In this document: in pieces, positions 1-13,423 of the stretch | How the letters are laid out: every line of letters begins with the position of its first letter | Numbering within the stretch: position 1 is the stretch's first letter | Source: Octopus sinensis | Lineage: Eukaryota | Assembly: GCF_006345805.1 (NCBI RefSeq) | Contig: NC_042997.1 | Coordinates: 37,634,001 to 37,698,000 of the forward strand | Length of the DNA: 64,000 bases | Direction of reading: 5' to 3' | Translations under genes and position numbers: made by a program | Notes under the pieces: generated by a model | Told to the model about the DNA's origin: nothing | The model's input: only the letters and a program-made list of their open reading frames with translations | Database searches by the model: none

Positions 1-4
1 TAAT

Positions 5-35
<31 letters not shown>

Positions 36-39
36 CAAC

Positions 40-73
<34 letters not shown>

Positions 74-95
74 TAATAATAATAATAATAATAAT

Positions 96-164
<69 letters not shown>
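1..164. repeat. (TAA)n microsatellite
   Basis: Near-perfect TAA run from the window start. Confidence 0.98.
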
Positions 165-3100
165 TTCTCAATTAACCACTGAGGGTTCGGAAGGAAATGG
201 AAAATGATACGAAAATTTAATTTTGCATTGAAATGAATGAAAGAACGACAGTATTCTTGAGAAATAGGAGATAAATTGCTAGATTGACGAAAGGCAGGCA
301 AAGCCGAGAGTGAAAAGCGGTTACTATATTACGTGAAAGGGACGAGTACTAAGGTTTTATTATGTACCATCTCATGTTACACCTTACATGAGAAAATGCA
401 ATTACTTTCAGATGTACCTTTAGCTGCAAAGGAATAAACTAAAACAACTGAACGTCAGAGTAAAGTTTCAATGTTAGTTTAAGCATAGACGTATCTGAGT
501 GATCACCGAACGTAATCGATGAGCATTCAGTTGTATCACTGCTAATAATTGCATTTATAACCAACATTCGATGCTAGCATTTTCAAAGATAAGCCGTATG
601 TAAATATAAATTAATTAATAGATCGACCAATGAATAATTAATTAATCAATTAAGTAAATCAGACCAAATATGAAGACAGAGGGAGTTTTCAAACAGTGAT
701 TATTATTATTACGTTCTTAATGCACACCGTTGTTTAACGTTCAGTATAGATCAAACAGTTGAGCATGCACGGCGTAATACTTTGGGTGTGCACTGATGAT
801 CACGAGATCAGGATTTCAGTTCCTGGAGTGTTTGGTGAGTTTTATTCTTTAGTTCTGCAATCACTTCAAAATCTGATATGTGGTATGCTGTGCATCTGTT
901 CAGGTAACATCGATATGATGGATGGATGGATGGTGGGAGCTAATATACAGCACATATAATATATATAAACAAATCATTTGCGCAGTGTTGAGCGAGAAAT
1001 TACAAAAATGTATTTCTTAATGTAGGAGAGACTACCATCATTCATTCATTCATTCATTTATTTATAGCTCAATCAAAATAAATCATCATTCAAAATCAGT
1101 AAATTAAGAATTATGCATTCGAAATGAAATTTAAATTTAAAGACGCAGAAATTTTCGGTTGAGACACAAAATATTTAGAAAATGAAGAATTATATGTTAA
1201 ATGAAGTACTATACAAGTAAAACACCACCTTAGTTTCAACATATACTATTTAAGAGAATAATGTAAGAGAACATTTTCGACAGATTAAAAACAATTTCAC
1301 GTGCTTACAACATATCATGCGTTAAAAATGCACAATGTTTAAAGCATTAAAACAGATTCATCAAATAATAATAGTAAAAAACAAATAGATAACCATTTTT
1401 ACAATTACCCTCATGTATATATATATATGTGTATATATAGCGTGTTTGTGTGAGACTGTGTTTTTATGTGTGTACGTATGTATGTATGTATGTGTATATA
1501 TATATATATATATATAAAATATGTGTGTATGTATGTATGTACAAAATATATAATTATATAAATATAATTATAGTAAGGGCAATAATGAGTATGCTAGAGA
1601 TAGACACCAAGTGGCTCTAAAAACTACTGTTCTTCGAGCCATTTGACGTCTATTTCTAGCATGTGGTGTTACCTATTAGTGCCCTTTCTATAATTATATT
1701 TACATTATCATATATTTTCTATTAAATGTTACCAATTTGGTTTATTAAATGCTGGCTACTTGATAAAAATCCTATATTGATTTTATCCTTGATTATAAAG
1801 ATATGTGTGTACATAGAAACATTATTGATGTCGCATATTTAATTCATGTTTTGTTGAAACGGTTTTTCAGCGGCCGTATTTTGTCCATCGAATCCGTATA
1901 CTCGAGCCAGCTGCGAAACGATTTCAAATTCGTGAAATTTGATTTGAGTACGTGTTAACGATGAGCTGAAATAAGTGATTTATCGGCATCCACCGTCCTC
2001 CCTCAGCTATAGTGCACCCGACTTCGTCTGGACTTGAGATATGCTGTATTTTTTTAACACACAACGTCTTAAAGGGATTTTCTCTGGACACAATATTGCA
2101 GCTGAAAAGCGTTTAAACAAAACAAATACATTGTGTATGTGACATTAATGATATTTAATTAGATTTAATTCTCAAAATCTTAGATGGATTGATGGATGGA
2201 TGGATGGATGGATGGATGAATGGATGGATGGATGGATGGATGGATGGATATGATTGCTTCTATGTTTTTAGAAGATTTAAACAAGTTGCAACCGTGAAAC
2301 ACCCGAGGATTTCTGTGATGCAGTAATTATGATAATGATCAATAGTTATAAAGATAAGTCCGATTCCTTCAACAAAATTCGGTCTGTGGGTCAGAATGAA
2401 TTTCTCGCAAATTCATTATGTAAATTGAAATCCCCTAACAAAATCCACCGTGAAAGAAGAACACCAAAGTTAAGACACAAAGGGCTCTGAATAACTCTCT
2501 CACTACATGTTATATCGAACATCTTGAATAGTCTGATCACCATTATTGAGGTGTGGCCAAACAGCACAACCTAATTTCTCTTCTTTGAGGCTGCATGCAA
2601 CGATGACTTGATTAATTTAAAGGAGCTAGATTCACGATAGTGACATAATACCAAACCCGTATGAGAATTTCCCAGCGGTTGTGGCGTTTAAATGCTTGCC
2701 CTATATTAACATTCTCCCTCTTGAAACTAATGTGGACAATCCCTACTAAATCCTGTCCGAATTTTCGTTCACCAGGCCAAGCCTTCGTGATCCGTTAGTG
2801 CAGTGCTCATATTTTTTTTCTCACGCTCTAGAGATACGCAGTTAAGTGATGTTATTGTTCTCAGGATCAGCAGCAGTATCGTAATATTCTGATTAATTTA
2901 ATTGTTGCATATTATATCGTACTTTTTACAAGGTATGCGGCGTGGGATTACTCATCTTCCCAAACATAAGAGATTGAGGCATTCCCTTATAACTCTTAGC
3001 AAATTTGAAAATGAATAACACGGGTTGGTTTATTTTTAAAGGAAGGATTTTCTGAACCTCTCACTGCAAGTGAAGCACATTTGATACTTAGAATATCACT

Positions 3101-3413
3101 GAATTCATTTTTACGATTCACAAATTTTGGTAATAAATAATATTAAACATACTGTATACAGCAAATATATATCTGCTTATTGCTGAATTGATTATTCACG
3201 AGATAAAATATCTTTGTAAGTTTTACAAAAACAGGAGCATACATAAAATTATTTTCTTGTGACTGTAGGTATTATAGGAACGGATATTTAAAATATTTCT
3301 TTGTATACATAAATATTTCTGTATGACTGAGCCTATGTATGCATTGCATGCATATATGTGAGAGTGTGTAGGTATGTACACATGTGTACCAGTATATGTA
3401 TATATACATATGT

Positions 3414-3461
<48 letters not shown>

Positions 3462-5661
3462 TACGCATGTAAGGCTTAAGTATTTAAGCCACTGCGTTTA
3501 GTCATAAAGCAGAGTTATATTCAACTTATGTGAACTTCAAACATAGCGTTATAAGCTCAATTTTTGACATTTCCGGGAAAGTTTATCTCGCAGAAAGAAA
3601 TAATCTAATCAGCATCCTACTTGCTACATAAAAGCGCCTATAGATTTTTCTCTCTTTCTATATTTTTCTCATCTGCGATTTTCAAAAGAAAAAAGAACAA
3701 TTTACAAAACATGATAAAATATACTTAGAATAAATTCTCTCTTCTAATGGGATGACCTTAAGCTGAGGAAATGGAGAGTATAATATATACATACACACAC
3801 ACACCTTCACACACACACACATATAATTTATGTAAAGTATCAAAAGAAATATGAAACGCAAAATAAAATCAATATAACAGCAAACAAAATCTTGGATGCA
3901 TATATTTATATTAGAGCAAATATTTTCCTCTCTATTTCTAAAAATAAAATTAAAATATGCATGGTAACGAAGAAATAGAAGACAACCAGAATGAAACATT
4001 CAGCCGATTATAATTAGCTTTTATATAATATAATTTTATAATTAAATTTGATATTAGACGTATTAAGATATATTCGGTATTAAATGTATTATTAATATGT
4101 AGTACGATGCAAAATCATTTAATTTGAGATATACTTTATTTTCAATACTAAATCTGTAAAGAATTTGAATTTACAAATTACTGATTAAATAGAATTCACT
4201 TATTATTCAGATATATTCTTTCTATAATATCTGTGACTGATTAAGACGCTACTAATAATGAAGAAAAATTTAAAAACAAGTAATATTTGATTTGAAAACT
4301 ATTTGGAAGAAAATAAATTCAGTTCTCGCCTATAAGATTCGATAAATGAAGTGATGCTTATAAAACCATGGAATAATTTGCATGGTTATGAACGATTGGC
4401 TTTCTCAAAGCTCAGCAAGATTGAGAAAAGTGATATATAATTTCTTTATTGATGTATAGTGTACCACTTACCATATGCCAAATATTACTCATATTATTTT
4501 AATTAGATATAAAAACATTGTTAGTAATAATATTCTAACTACCCTTCTAGTAATCTGATGAAATAAAAATATTTTAGAGTTTGAAATACAACAGGAAACC
4601 ATGTGTTTGTCGGCCATATACCCATAAACAGGAAGATTTCAGAAAATAGGTCTAAAATAAAAATATATTTAGCAGAAACTGAGAGAATTTTAAAAATCTG
4701 TATATTCTTACCGATTTCATAGAAGAGTGATTATATTATGACCTAAACTTATAATAGAACTTGCTGTAAGTTCTATTATCTGTATCTGAATACGCTTTTG
4801 GAAAATATTTGTTGTTGTGAAGCCAGAGACAGCAACAAATATGGAAACGTTGGAACTCAAGATGATAGGATACAAACTGTCTAACGCTCGCCCAATAAGT
4901 TTGTCCGCTTAGCATATACAGATTACTAATAATCTCTATTGAAACAATACATATATTTTGATGAACGATAAGTGCATAAATGAACATTTGCGTTCTTTCG
5001 CATTGGTTAAAATAAAGGATATTGCTACGCCAGTTACAAAATATTATAGATACATAGTTATAGATACATTGCCAGTTGAATCGGTTATAACAGTTTGCTG
5101 ATCTTATCAATAAATTGGATGAAAGGGAAATATTAATAACATAAATATGAAATAAAACTTTTTAACAGGAAAAATATCAAAGAGATTCTTGAAATAAAAT
5201 CAAATTAATTTATGTTACTTGATATAATTTTGTGTATCAATTCGATAATTTGTTTCGTTTTATATTCATTATGTTTTGCTTTCATTATAAATATGATTTT
5301 CATATTTAATATCAAACAAAGTAATATTCCATCCATAGCAATTTAATAGAGCACTTTGCGAACGAATTTTGATTTTTCGAAATATATCGAGTAATTTTCG
5401 TTAGTTTACGAAATGCCGCCATAATTTATTCTATCATTGTAATTGAGTTGTGATTAGATATATAGCAAAAATAGGAATCAATAAAAAGATTAATTTACTC
5501 AAAATATTTTAACATTTCTTTAAACATTTCATAATAGATTCCTAATCACAGAAATGCCTAATATTTGTACTAGATGCTTTAATGGCTTATACTTTAAATA
5601 TTTGCACAACTATATACTGAGTATACATGCATAGATATTTACACTCACACATACACACATG

Positions 5662-5702
<41 letters not shown>

Positions 5703-6884
5703 TTATATATATATATTATATATTCTTATGCATGTATATATACATATAGATATATTCATATTAAATGTATATATGTGTGTGTGTGTATATAGAAATATGC
5801 ATACATACATTTACACACAAGTATACACAGAAATACACATCTAAAGTGTGAGAGACAGAGAGTGAGTATGGAGAAATATAGAATATATGTAGATTAATTT
5901 GTACTATCGAACGTCACTTCGTTTTGGATGTACATCTGTATAATTATAGGCAACATATTTGCAGAGTCTTTGAACATAGAAAGCATGCAATATTTGTTCT
6001 TAAATTCTGCGCTCTACGTATAACTTCGCCATTTAATTTTTCTGGGTCCATACAGAATGTATTAGTCAAAAGACATATATCAGTGAAATTGTTGGAGCGA
6101 TTCAGAGATGCCTGGAAATTTATGCTCCTCTGCTCTACCTCTGGAGTTCCACTTTGTTTCCTTTTATAGTTTCTGATGACACTCCTAGAAGTCCCTGAAA
6201 ATTTCGAAATTAACCGAATATCACATAGAACCACAAGCTAATTGATGAATTATATTATGTATCGAATTTAGAAAATTCTGATATATTACATTCTTTCCGT
6301 GACTGTTTCTTTGACCGAGTATTGAAAGTGGAGAAGCCTATCGCATTAAGATTAAATAAAATGCAATGCTTAAATAATAATAATTTATATTAATTTTGCT
6401 GACACTTGTTTCGTAATTTGCATACATTTACATCAGCGACACTAAGACATCGACAGAATTTATGAATATGCAATAAGATGCACAAGTATAAATACATAGT
6501 TATAGTTATGCTGTAACATGATTAATAGGGTTTTGTTTATCAGACCTTTGCATGGGCTTTAAATATTCAAAATCGCTGATGTAAATGTATATAGATTACA
6601 ATACACCTGCCAAGAAATATAATAAACATACGAGGTCTCTATTCTGTAACGTTTCAAAACTATTATGCACACACTACCATTGTGAGCCCAGAATTTCCGA
6701 AGGACAGCAACGATATAGATATGTGTTTTTGTGTGTGCGTATGTGGGTGTGTCAGTGTGTAGATGTGTGTGTGCATGAATATTTACGCATATAACTATAT
6801 TTAGATGTGTACATTTATATAAATAGATATATATATTTATACAGTTCGAATTTATAGAAAAACAAGCGGAAGACAGGTGGAGGA

Positions 6885-7130
6885 ACAACAAGCAGGTACA
6901 TTAGTTTAACGTTTGGGAGAATGGAAAAGTCTTTTACGTTTCGACCTACGCACTTCGACAGAAAGGAATAGGAGGAAAATAATGGAAAGAGAATGAAAGA
7001 AGTCGGTGAGAGAAAAAATGTGTTGTGATCAGCGGATTAACATAGCGAGAGGACTGGAAAAAAAGATTTTCAATGGAAGGGAGATAACAAAAAAAGAGGT
7101 AGAATATGAGGGAGATAATCGTGATCCTAA
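6885..7130. mobile_element. Fragment of a Penelope-type terminal repeat
   Basis: AAAAGTCTTTTACGTTTCG motif also occurs at ~45710-45727, at the head of the GIY-YIG remnant, and in deleted form at ~49195. Confidence 0.35.
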
Positions 7131-7949
7131 CGAAATGAGATGCGCTAGCGTGTATGCGTGAGAATGGTGTGTGTATTATGTGTATGTGTGAATGGGGCGT
7201 GAATGAGTGACGTGTGTGTTAGTGCGCTTATGTAACGTGTGTGTGTGCGTGTTGTGCGCAGCAGTTGATGTGTGCACATGTGTATTATATGTCTTTGTGA
7301 TCAAATAATGTGCATGTGTATAGCGTATGTTTGTGAGCGAAAGTTATCTTTGTCTGCGTGTGGCGTGTGTTTATGCGTGTTGCGTGTATGTGCATATATT
7401 GTCTGTGTTTAGGTATTATGTGCTTGTTTGGGTGTGAGAGTATATATTGCTTGTGTAGGTGTGGTAGCGTGCATAATGGTGTGTGGTGTATGTACTGAGT
7501 TAAACAGTGCGTGTGGCTGCTCGTATAATATCATGTGTGGTAACGCTGTTGAAGATTGTGTGAGGGTGTGTGGATAATGGCGTGCGGTGGGGTGCTGAGA
7601 AGTGGTCAGTGCCAGTGTTTTTAGAGCGGGAAGGTGGATTTTAATGGTGTGTGAAGCGAGTGATGAGTTGAACAATGTGTATGGGTGTTGATTGTGATGC
7701 GTGTGAAGATTAGGTAGAATTTTATTTAGGTATTCATATATTGCATCATATCATAAATACACCAGCTTCAGGTAAAATTTTAATCAGGTATAAACAGACA
7801 CGTTAAAACTCAGATCATGAACTATCCAACAAATAACAAGATACAGAAATGATATTTTAAAAAATAACATTAGAATTTATATATTTTTCAGAAGTATAAA
7901 CGAGGGGCGAGAATTAATGAAATCAAAACAAGTCTATTCTTTCAAGTGA

Positions 7950-9470
7950 TTGTCTTAATTAGTTTATAGCCATGGAAATGCCAGGAAACAGGCGGGTTAG
8001 CCGAAATGATACCATTAAGTGCAAGGCGGATTTTACCAATTACTTTCAGGTTTTAATTAGAAATGCGAATCTTTGGTAGTATCGCGTTCTTTCATAGTAG
8101 ATTCTTTAATTTTCAGCCATGCAATCATGATTTGATTTTTTTTCTTAGATAATGTAGTTCTGTTGGGTCAATTTCTGTGTGACTTTCTTTGTCTATTTGA
8201 TTTTCATCTGCCTTAGTGTTTATGGTTGGTTCAGAGAGTATTTCACTTTGCTTATCAGTTACATTACCTCTTCAGTCATTATTGTATTTTCATCATCTTT
8301 GGGTTGGTCTATAATTATTTCCTCTGTAGTATTTTCCTTAGCTGCAACTTCGTTCCTTTTATCCCTTACTGATTGTTAAATTTAGTCAATCTCTAATTCA
8401 GTTAGTATTTCTTTTTTTTAATGTTTCGTCTGATGTTGGCTAATTTATTAGTCAATGTAGAGTCTTACTTCAAGGCGTTTCTGTCTCCAGTTTAAGTAGG
8501 CTTATACAGTATTAGATTTATTTGTGAGGAAATGCATGGCATGATAGTAGGCCTTAAGAAATTCTTTATTATCTGTCCTATATCATTTTCCATTCTTTTT
8601 ATTTAGTCATTTGATGACGAGCATGGATGGCCATCGGTCGGAATACTCAAATTGTGGGGTATTTCCAGGTCCTGTGTTTCGGGAAGATTTGATCAAGTAG
8701 CTGGTTCATCATTCGAGTACGTGATCCTTGGGGATTCGGTTTGTATTTTGCCTTGTTATCACTGAGACATGACGAGCTTGGATGTTGATATTAGAGGACG
8801 TATCTTTCTGTTTAGGATCATTATTATTATTTACTTTTTTTTGAGACAACACCGCCTCCATGTTTTCTGAATGAAAACATTGCTCCTAACGTAGCTTCTT
8901 AATGAGATCTGTATTCGTCTGTATCTTGTTTATAGATTTATCTCAGGGCATAGTTTTTTGTGGTGTTTTTAAACGTATGAATTCTTCATTCTGTCTGTTA
9001 GTTCGAAAAAATAATAAACTGTTTTGTTTTTCATATTTTTGTTCTTTTGCTTCGTTTGTGAGAAGTGTTTTCATATGCGTGTATGTGTATCTTGTAAATT
9101 TCACGTAGTTGTGTAAACATTGGGATATATGTGTAGTTCTATGGCTAATAAAATGTATGTATGATTGTGTAGACATTCGACTGTATGCGTAATTACTCAA
9201 TTTATGTACTTACTGTTTTTTCCACTTATATTTTATAATTTGTAAACTTCGCGATGTTGACTTCGCGTGTGTGTTTCCCACATTTCACTGAGTCATCGTG
9301 CATAGGAGAAACCGTGCTTTATATAGCAGTAAAATTTCGTTTTTGTGATTATTTTCGTTAAAAGGCCGCTTCCTTCAAGTCTTCCACCGATGTTATTAGA
9401 TTAGATTTGTTTTTGACTGGAGAGCCAAGTGTAGCACATCCATGCTGTTACTCAGTGCGGAGCTACTGCT
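7950..9470 (-). mobile_element. 5' portion of a degenerate R4/Dong-type non-LTR retrotransposon
   Basis: Minus-strand peptide remnants DNKEFLKAYYHAMHF...WRQK...NKLANIRRNIKKK.ILTELEI and ILPKIRI resemble R4/Dong N-termini. The segment abuts the (TTA)n run at 9470. Many stops. Confidence 0.5.
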
Positions 9471-9478
9471 GCTTATTA

Positions 9479-9535
<57 letters not shown>

Positions 9536-9543
9536 GTATTAGT

Positions 9544-9586
<43 letters not shown>

Positions 9587-9595
9587 TTATTATTT
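9471..9595. repeat. (TTA)n microsatellite
   Basis: Direct reading. Confidence 0.97.
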
Positions 9596-10049
9596 CCTTT
9601 GGTAGAGATGGAGATTATGTGGTTGAAAAGGCTGAAAACAGACACTTTCGTCTTTGGCCAAGCCCTCATCAACATTTTAAAATTTTACTTGGAAAGAAAA
9701 GTAAGCGTACACAAGGATTACTGCCTCCCGGCAATTTTGTTAATAGCTGGGTGAATGTAGAGTGAATTGCCCGAATGAACGGTCTTAAATAAGCCTGCTT
9801 CTCTAGATAGAGGATAGACGAAGTGGTGCCAGCATTTTCCTTTGAGCTCTGGGCGACTGTGTCGTGGTTTTTGTGGAGTTTCCACGAGGAACCATAGGAA
9901 GCCTCCCACCTTTCGTGAATTATTTGTTATAATTTTCTATGGTTATTATTTTTACGCGATTAAATCCCACTCTTTTTGTGTTCTGTTGTCATGTACTGTC
10001 CATAGTCTTTTATATAAACCGTCAGTGGTAAATAAAGAACGGACTGGTC

Positions 10050-10500
10050 TTGGGATATCATCCTTGATGATGCAGCGCCACGCTTCAAGGATGTCTCACT
10101 TACAGAAATATCTAGATCACTGCGATGGTGTGAACGACAGAGGCGAAAATAAGGATGAACGTGTGTGCATGTCCTTCACGTGAAACGTCTTTCCGCAGCT
10201 CATCTCATTGATAGCGGTGCAGTCATGGAACGATCATAGACCAAGGTTGGGTGTTTGGCACCCAGAATCCTACAAGGCGCTCACTGCATTGTACCAGCTG
10301 CACACAACCGTTAGTGGGAAACCAACTCACAATGTCTATAGGGACCTAGTTGAGGGTAAGTGCGATGATGCCTTGGATTGAAATTAGGCATCGACAGAAA
10401 CCAATATGAATAGTTTTTCTGGAGGAGCGTCGTGTCAGCGATCATGGGCAACTTCCAAAGTCTTTGCCATGGCAGTGCCAGAGGCGAGGGCATTGCTTGT
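10050..10500 (-). pseudogene. Highly degenerate CR1/L2-like reverse transcriptase remnant
   Basis: Loose matches to KAFD.V.HD.LL.KL, SGVPQGSILGP and QSDLD..W across frameshifts. Confidence 0.3.
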
Positions 10501-10606
10501 TCGAGGCAAGGTTTTCAGTCATGGAAGAGCCAGCAGCCAAACATATCAGATATCCGGCAGACATTTTTCATCACACGCAGCAAAATAAACTGAGTTTTCA
10601 TATAAA

Positions 10607-10962
10607 TAATAATAATAATAAGAAGAATAATAAGAAGAAGAAGAAGAAGAAGAAGAAGATGAAGAAGAAGAAGAAAAAGAAGAAGAAGAAGGAGAAGAAG
10701 AAGAAGAAGAAGAAGAAGGAGAAGAAGAAGAAGAAGAAGAAGAAGAGAAGAGGAGAAGAAGAAGAGGGAGAAGGAGGAGAAGAAGAAGAAGAAGAAGAAG
10801 AAGAAGAAGGAGAAGAAGAAGAAGGAGAAGAAGATGAAGAAGAAGAAGAAAAAGAAGAAGAAGAAGGAGAAGAAGAAAGAAGAAGAAGAAGAAGAAGAAG
10901 AAGAAGAAGAAGAGAAGAAGAAGAAGAAGAAGAAGAAGAAGAAGAAGAAGCAAAAGAAGAAG
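10607..10962. repeat. (AAT)n/(AAG)n/(AGG)n compound microsatellite
   Basis: Direct reading; explains the poly-K/E, poly-L and poly-S ORFs. Confidence 0.97.
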
Positions 10963-11331
10963 AATGTTTAAGAGAGAACACGGGGAAGTTTAACATGTAA
11001 GAGCGATAAAACTGATTCGAAATCTATCAAAAAACATCGAGAATAAAGTGAACAAAAGGAGCCTAAAATAAATGACAAAGTGTGGAACTATATCCACGTA
11101 AGTAATACTCATTAACATTTATTTCTGCTTTCTGAAACGATGTATTTTAAGAGTGTGCTCCCTCCGTCACTCGCACGTCCCGTGTAAACACACTTGCCAT
11201 ACTGACAAAGCATGTACTACACCCGAGTAAGTAAAACTCATTAAAAATGCTGGACTATATCCGTGTACGTACATTTTGGAGTATATCCCATTAAGCACAC
11301 ATCACAAACACGTAAGTACGTAAACTAATAA

Positions 11332-11742
11332 GGCTGTGTGGTAAGTAGCTTGCTAACCAACCACATGGTTCTGGGTTCAGTCCCACTGCGTGGCATCTTG
11401 GGCAAGTGTCTTCTGCTATAGCCTCGGGCCGAGCAAAGCCTTGTGAGTGGATTTGGTAGACGGAAACTGAAAGAAGCCTGTCGTATATATGTATATATAT
11501 ATATATATTTGTATGTGTGTGTATATGTGTGTGTGTTTCTGTTTGTCCCCCTAGCATTGCTTGACAACCGCTGCTGGTGTGTTTACGTCCCCGTCACTTA
11601 GCGGTTCGGCAAAAGAGACGGATAGAATAAGTACTGGGCTTACAACGAATAAGTCCCGGGGGGGGGGATTTGCTCGACTAAAGGCGGTGCTCCAGCATGG
11701 CCGCAGTCAAATGACTGAAACAAGTAAAAGAATAAAAGAGTA
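11332..11742 (+). mobile_element. tRNA-derived SINE, family B (central GGATTTGGTAGACGGAAACTGAAAGAAGC domain)
   Basis: A/B-box-like head (GGCTGTGTGGTAAG...GGGTTCAGTCCC), conserved central block, internal microsatellite and (AAGAATA)-type tail. Further copies at 42165, 59290 and 60384. Confidence 0.85.
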
Positions 11743-12169
11743 CCAGTCTTACATGAACACCTTTTAACATTTCAAAATAATGTTATGCAACGTATAAAAA
11801 AGCACACACACACATAAGCGAATCGAATAAAAACAAATGACAAAGACTAGTCATTATTGATCGCAAAAGCATTAAACATATATACATTTATATCCACCCC
11901 ACGGCATTAAACGGAAAAAATAAGGGTGGATATTAGTTTCTTTGTTTCATTCTTTGTCTCGTTTGTCGACATTTATTTGTTTATAATTATAGAAGCGTCG
12001 TTCTATCGAATTGTCTACGCTAATAGATAAGACCCGAAGCCTAGTACTAACACGAAAGTTTTAATGACAAGTAGCCAAAATCCATTTCGGATCAGAGGAA
12101 ATATTAACAATGACAAATAGTAAAAAAAAGATAATGATGATATCAGCGATAATAATAATAATAATAATG

Positions 12170-12208
<39 letters not shown>

Positions 12209-12228
12209 TAATAATAATAATAATAATA

Positions 12229-12759
12229 AGTCAGACATCATATTGAAAGACTTCAAACAAAGAACATGCCTCCTCATTGATATGACTGTCCCAATCGATA
12301 TAAACGTATCTGTCAGGACCTACCAAAAACTGAGCAAATATAAAGATCTTGAAATAGAAATCAGCAAAATGTGGAAGCTGAAGACTAAAACAATACCTGT
12401 TGTCATAGGTGCCCTGGGAATGATAGCAAAAGGGGCTGATAGCTACCTAACTCAGATACCAGGAAACCCAAAAATGGCAGAAGTTCAAAAGATAGTGCTC
12501 ATGGGAACTGCTCATATCCTACGCAAAATACTCTCTATGTAACCTCAAGGTTTAAAACAACCATAATTTTCGGTTTAAAAAAAAAAAAAAAAAAAAAAAC
12601 TTTTTTTTTTAGACATTCATTAGTACAACATCCCCACCCCCCAAATATATGGCACACTAGGCATAACAACAACATGAACTTCCAACCCTGTTGTCTCTTG
12701 AGGTCTCTGGGTGAGACTTGGAGCCAACTTGTACAAATATAAAGCAAAAGTCAAACATA

Positions 12760-12760
<1 letters not shown>
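12229..12760 (+). mobile_element. 3' end of an R4/Dong-type LINE: restriction-like endonuclease C-terminus (12243-12542) plus 3'UTR
   Basis: DIILKD...CLLIDMTVP...KLSKYKDLEIEISKMW...IPVVIGALG...QKIVLMGTAHILRK is the RLE tail. Flanked on both sides by (TAA)n. Confidence 0.88.
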
Positions 12761-12792
<32 letters not shown>

Positions 12793-12794
12793 TG

Positions 12795-12870
<76 letters not shown>

Positions 12871-12890
12871 TAATAATAATAATAATAATA

Positions 12891-13341
12891 AGCAAACATT
12901 CTGCTCAATACCACAGATCTGCTTGTCAGTTGTTTGACCTTAACCAGTTGAGCATGTCCCTTAGTGGCTGACGATATGTGCATCTCTGATCACGAGCAGA
13001 AGTAGTGGGGGAGCATCATAGCCATGTGTTGGGAGGGATTCTTCGGGGTTTGAATAATTCACCTCTGGAAACATGGGTGTTTCGTTCAACATCCTTAAAC
13101 AACCCTTATTCAGGGACCTTTTGAGCGGGATGGATAACTCGACCAGAAGAAAATTCTAACTGGGCCCCACCTGCAAGGTCATGTGCTGTTTATCTTGATA
13201 TGAGATCACCATGTCGCGCAAATATGGTTGTGATGCATGTGCCTGGTGTACCCTTATCAGACGGGTAGTCATGATGGGTATATTGGGCTTCGTATATTTT
13301 ACCCCAGTGTCACTTTGATGGCATGAACTGCTCTCTCACTC
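12891..13341 (+). mobile_element. Non-coding (TAA)n-embedded element, 5'-truncated copy
   Basis: Reverse-complement homologue of 56366-56810; both copies end at ...CTCTCACTC followed by (AAT)n. Confidence 0.8.

Positions 13342-13420
<79 letters not shown>

Positions 13421-13423
<3 letters not shown>

Noticed and set aside
4747-4884. Short open frame ending ...ENICCCEARDSNKYGNVGTQDDRIQTV, and the 124-aa minus ORF
   Set aside because: No recognisable domain or convincing splice context.
5944-6197. Minus-strand acceptor (TTTTCAG) followed by an open frame
   Set aside because: Could be an exon, but the peptide is unrecognised and there are no linked exons.
10464-11000. Long ORFs rich in K/E/L/S/I/Y here and at 9407, 12620, 30641, 46690, 56098, 57803 and 62955
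   Set aside because: Translations of microsatellites; openness follows from repeat composition.
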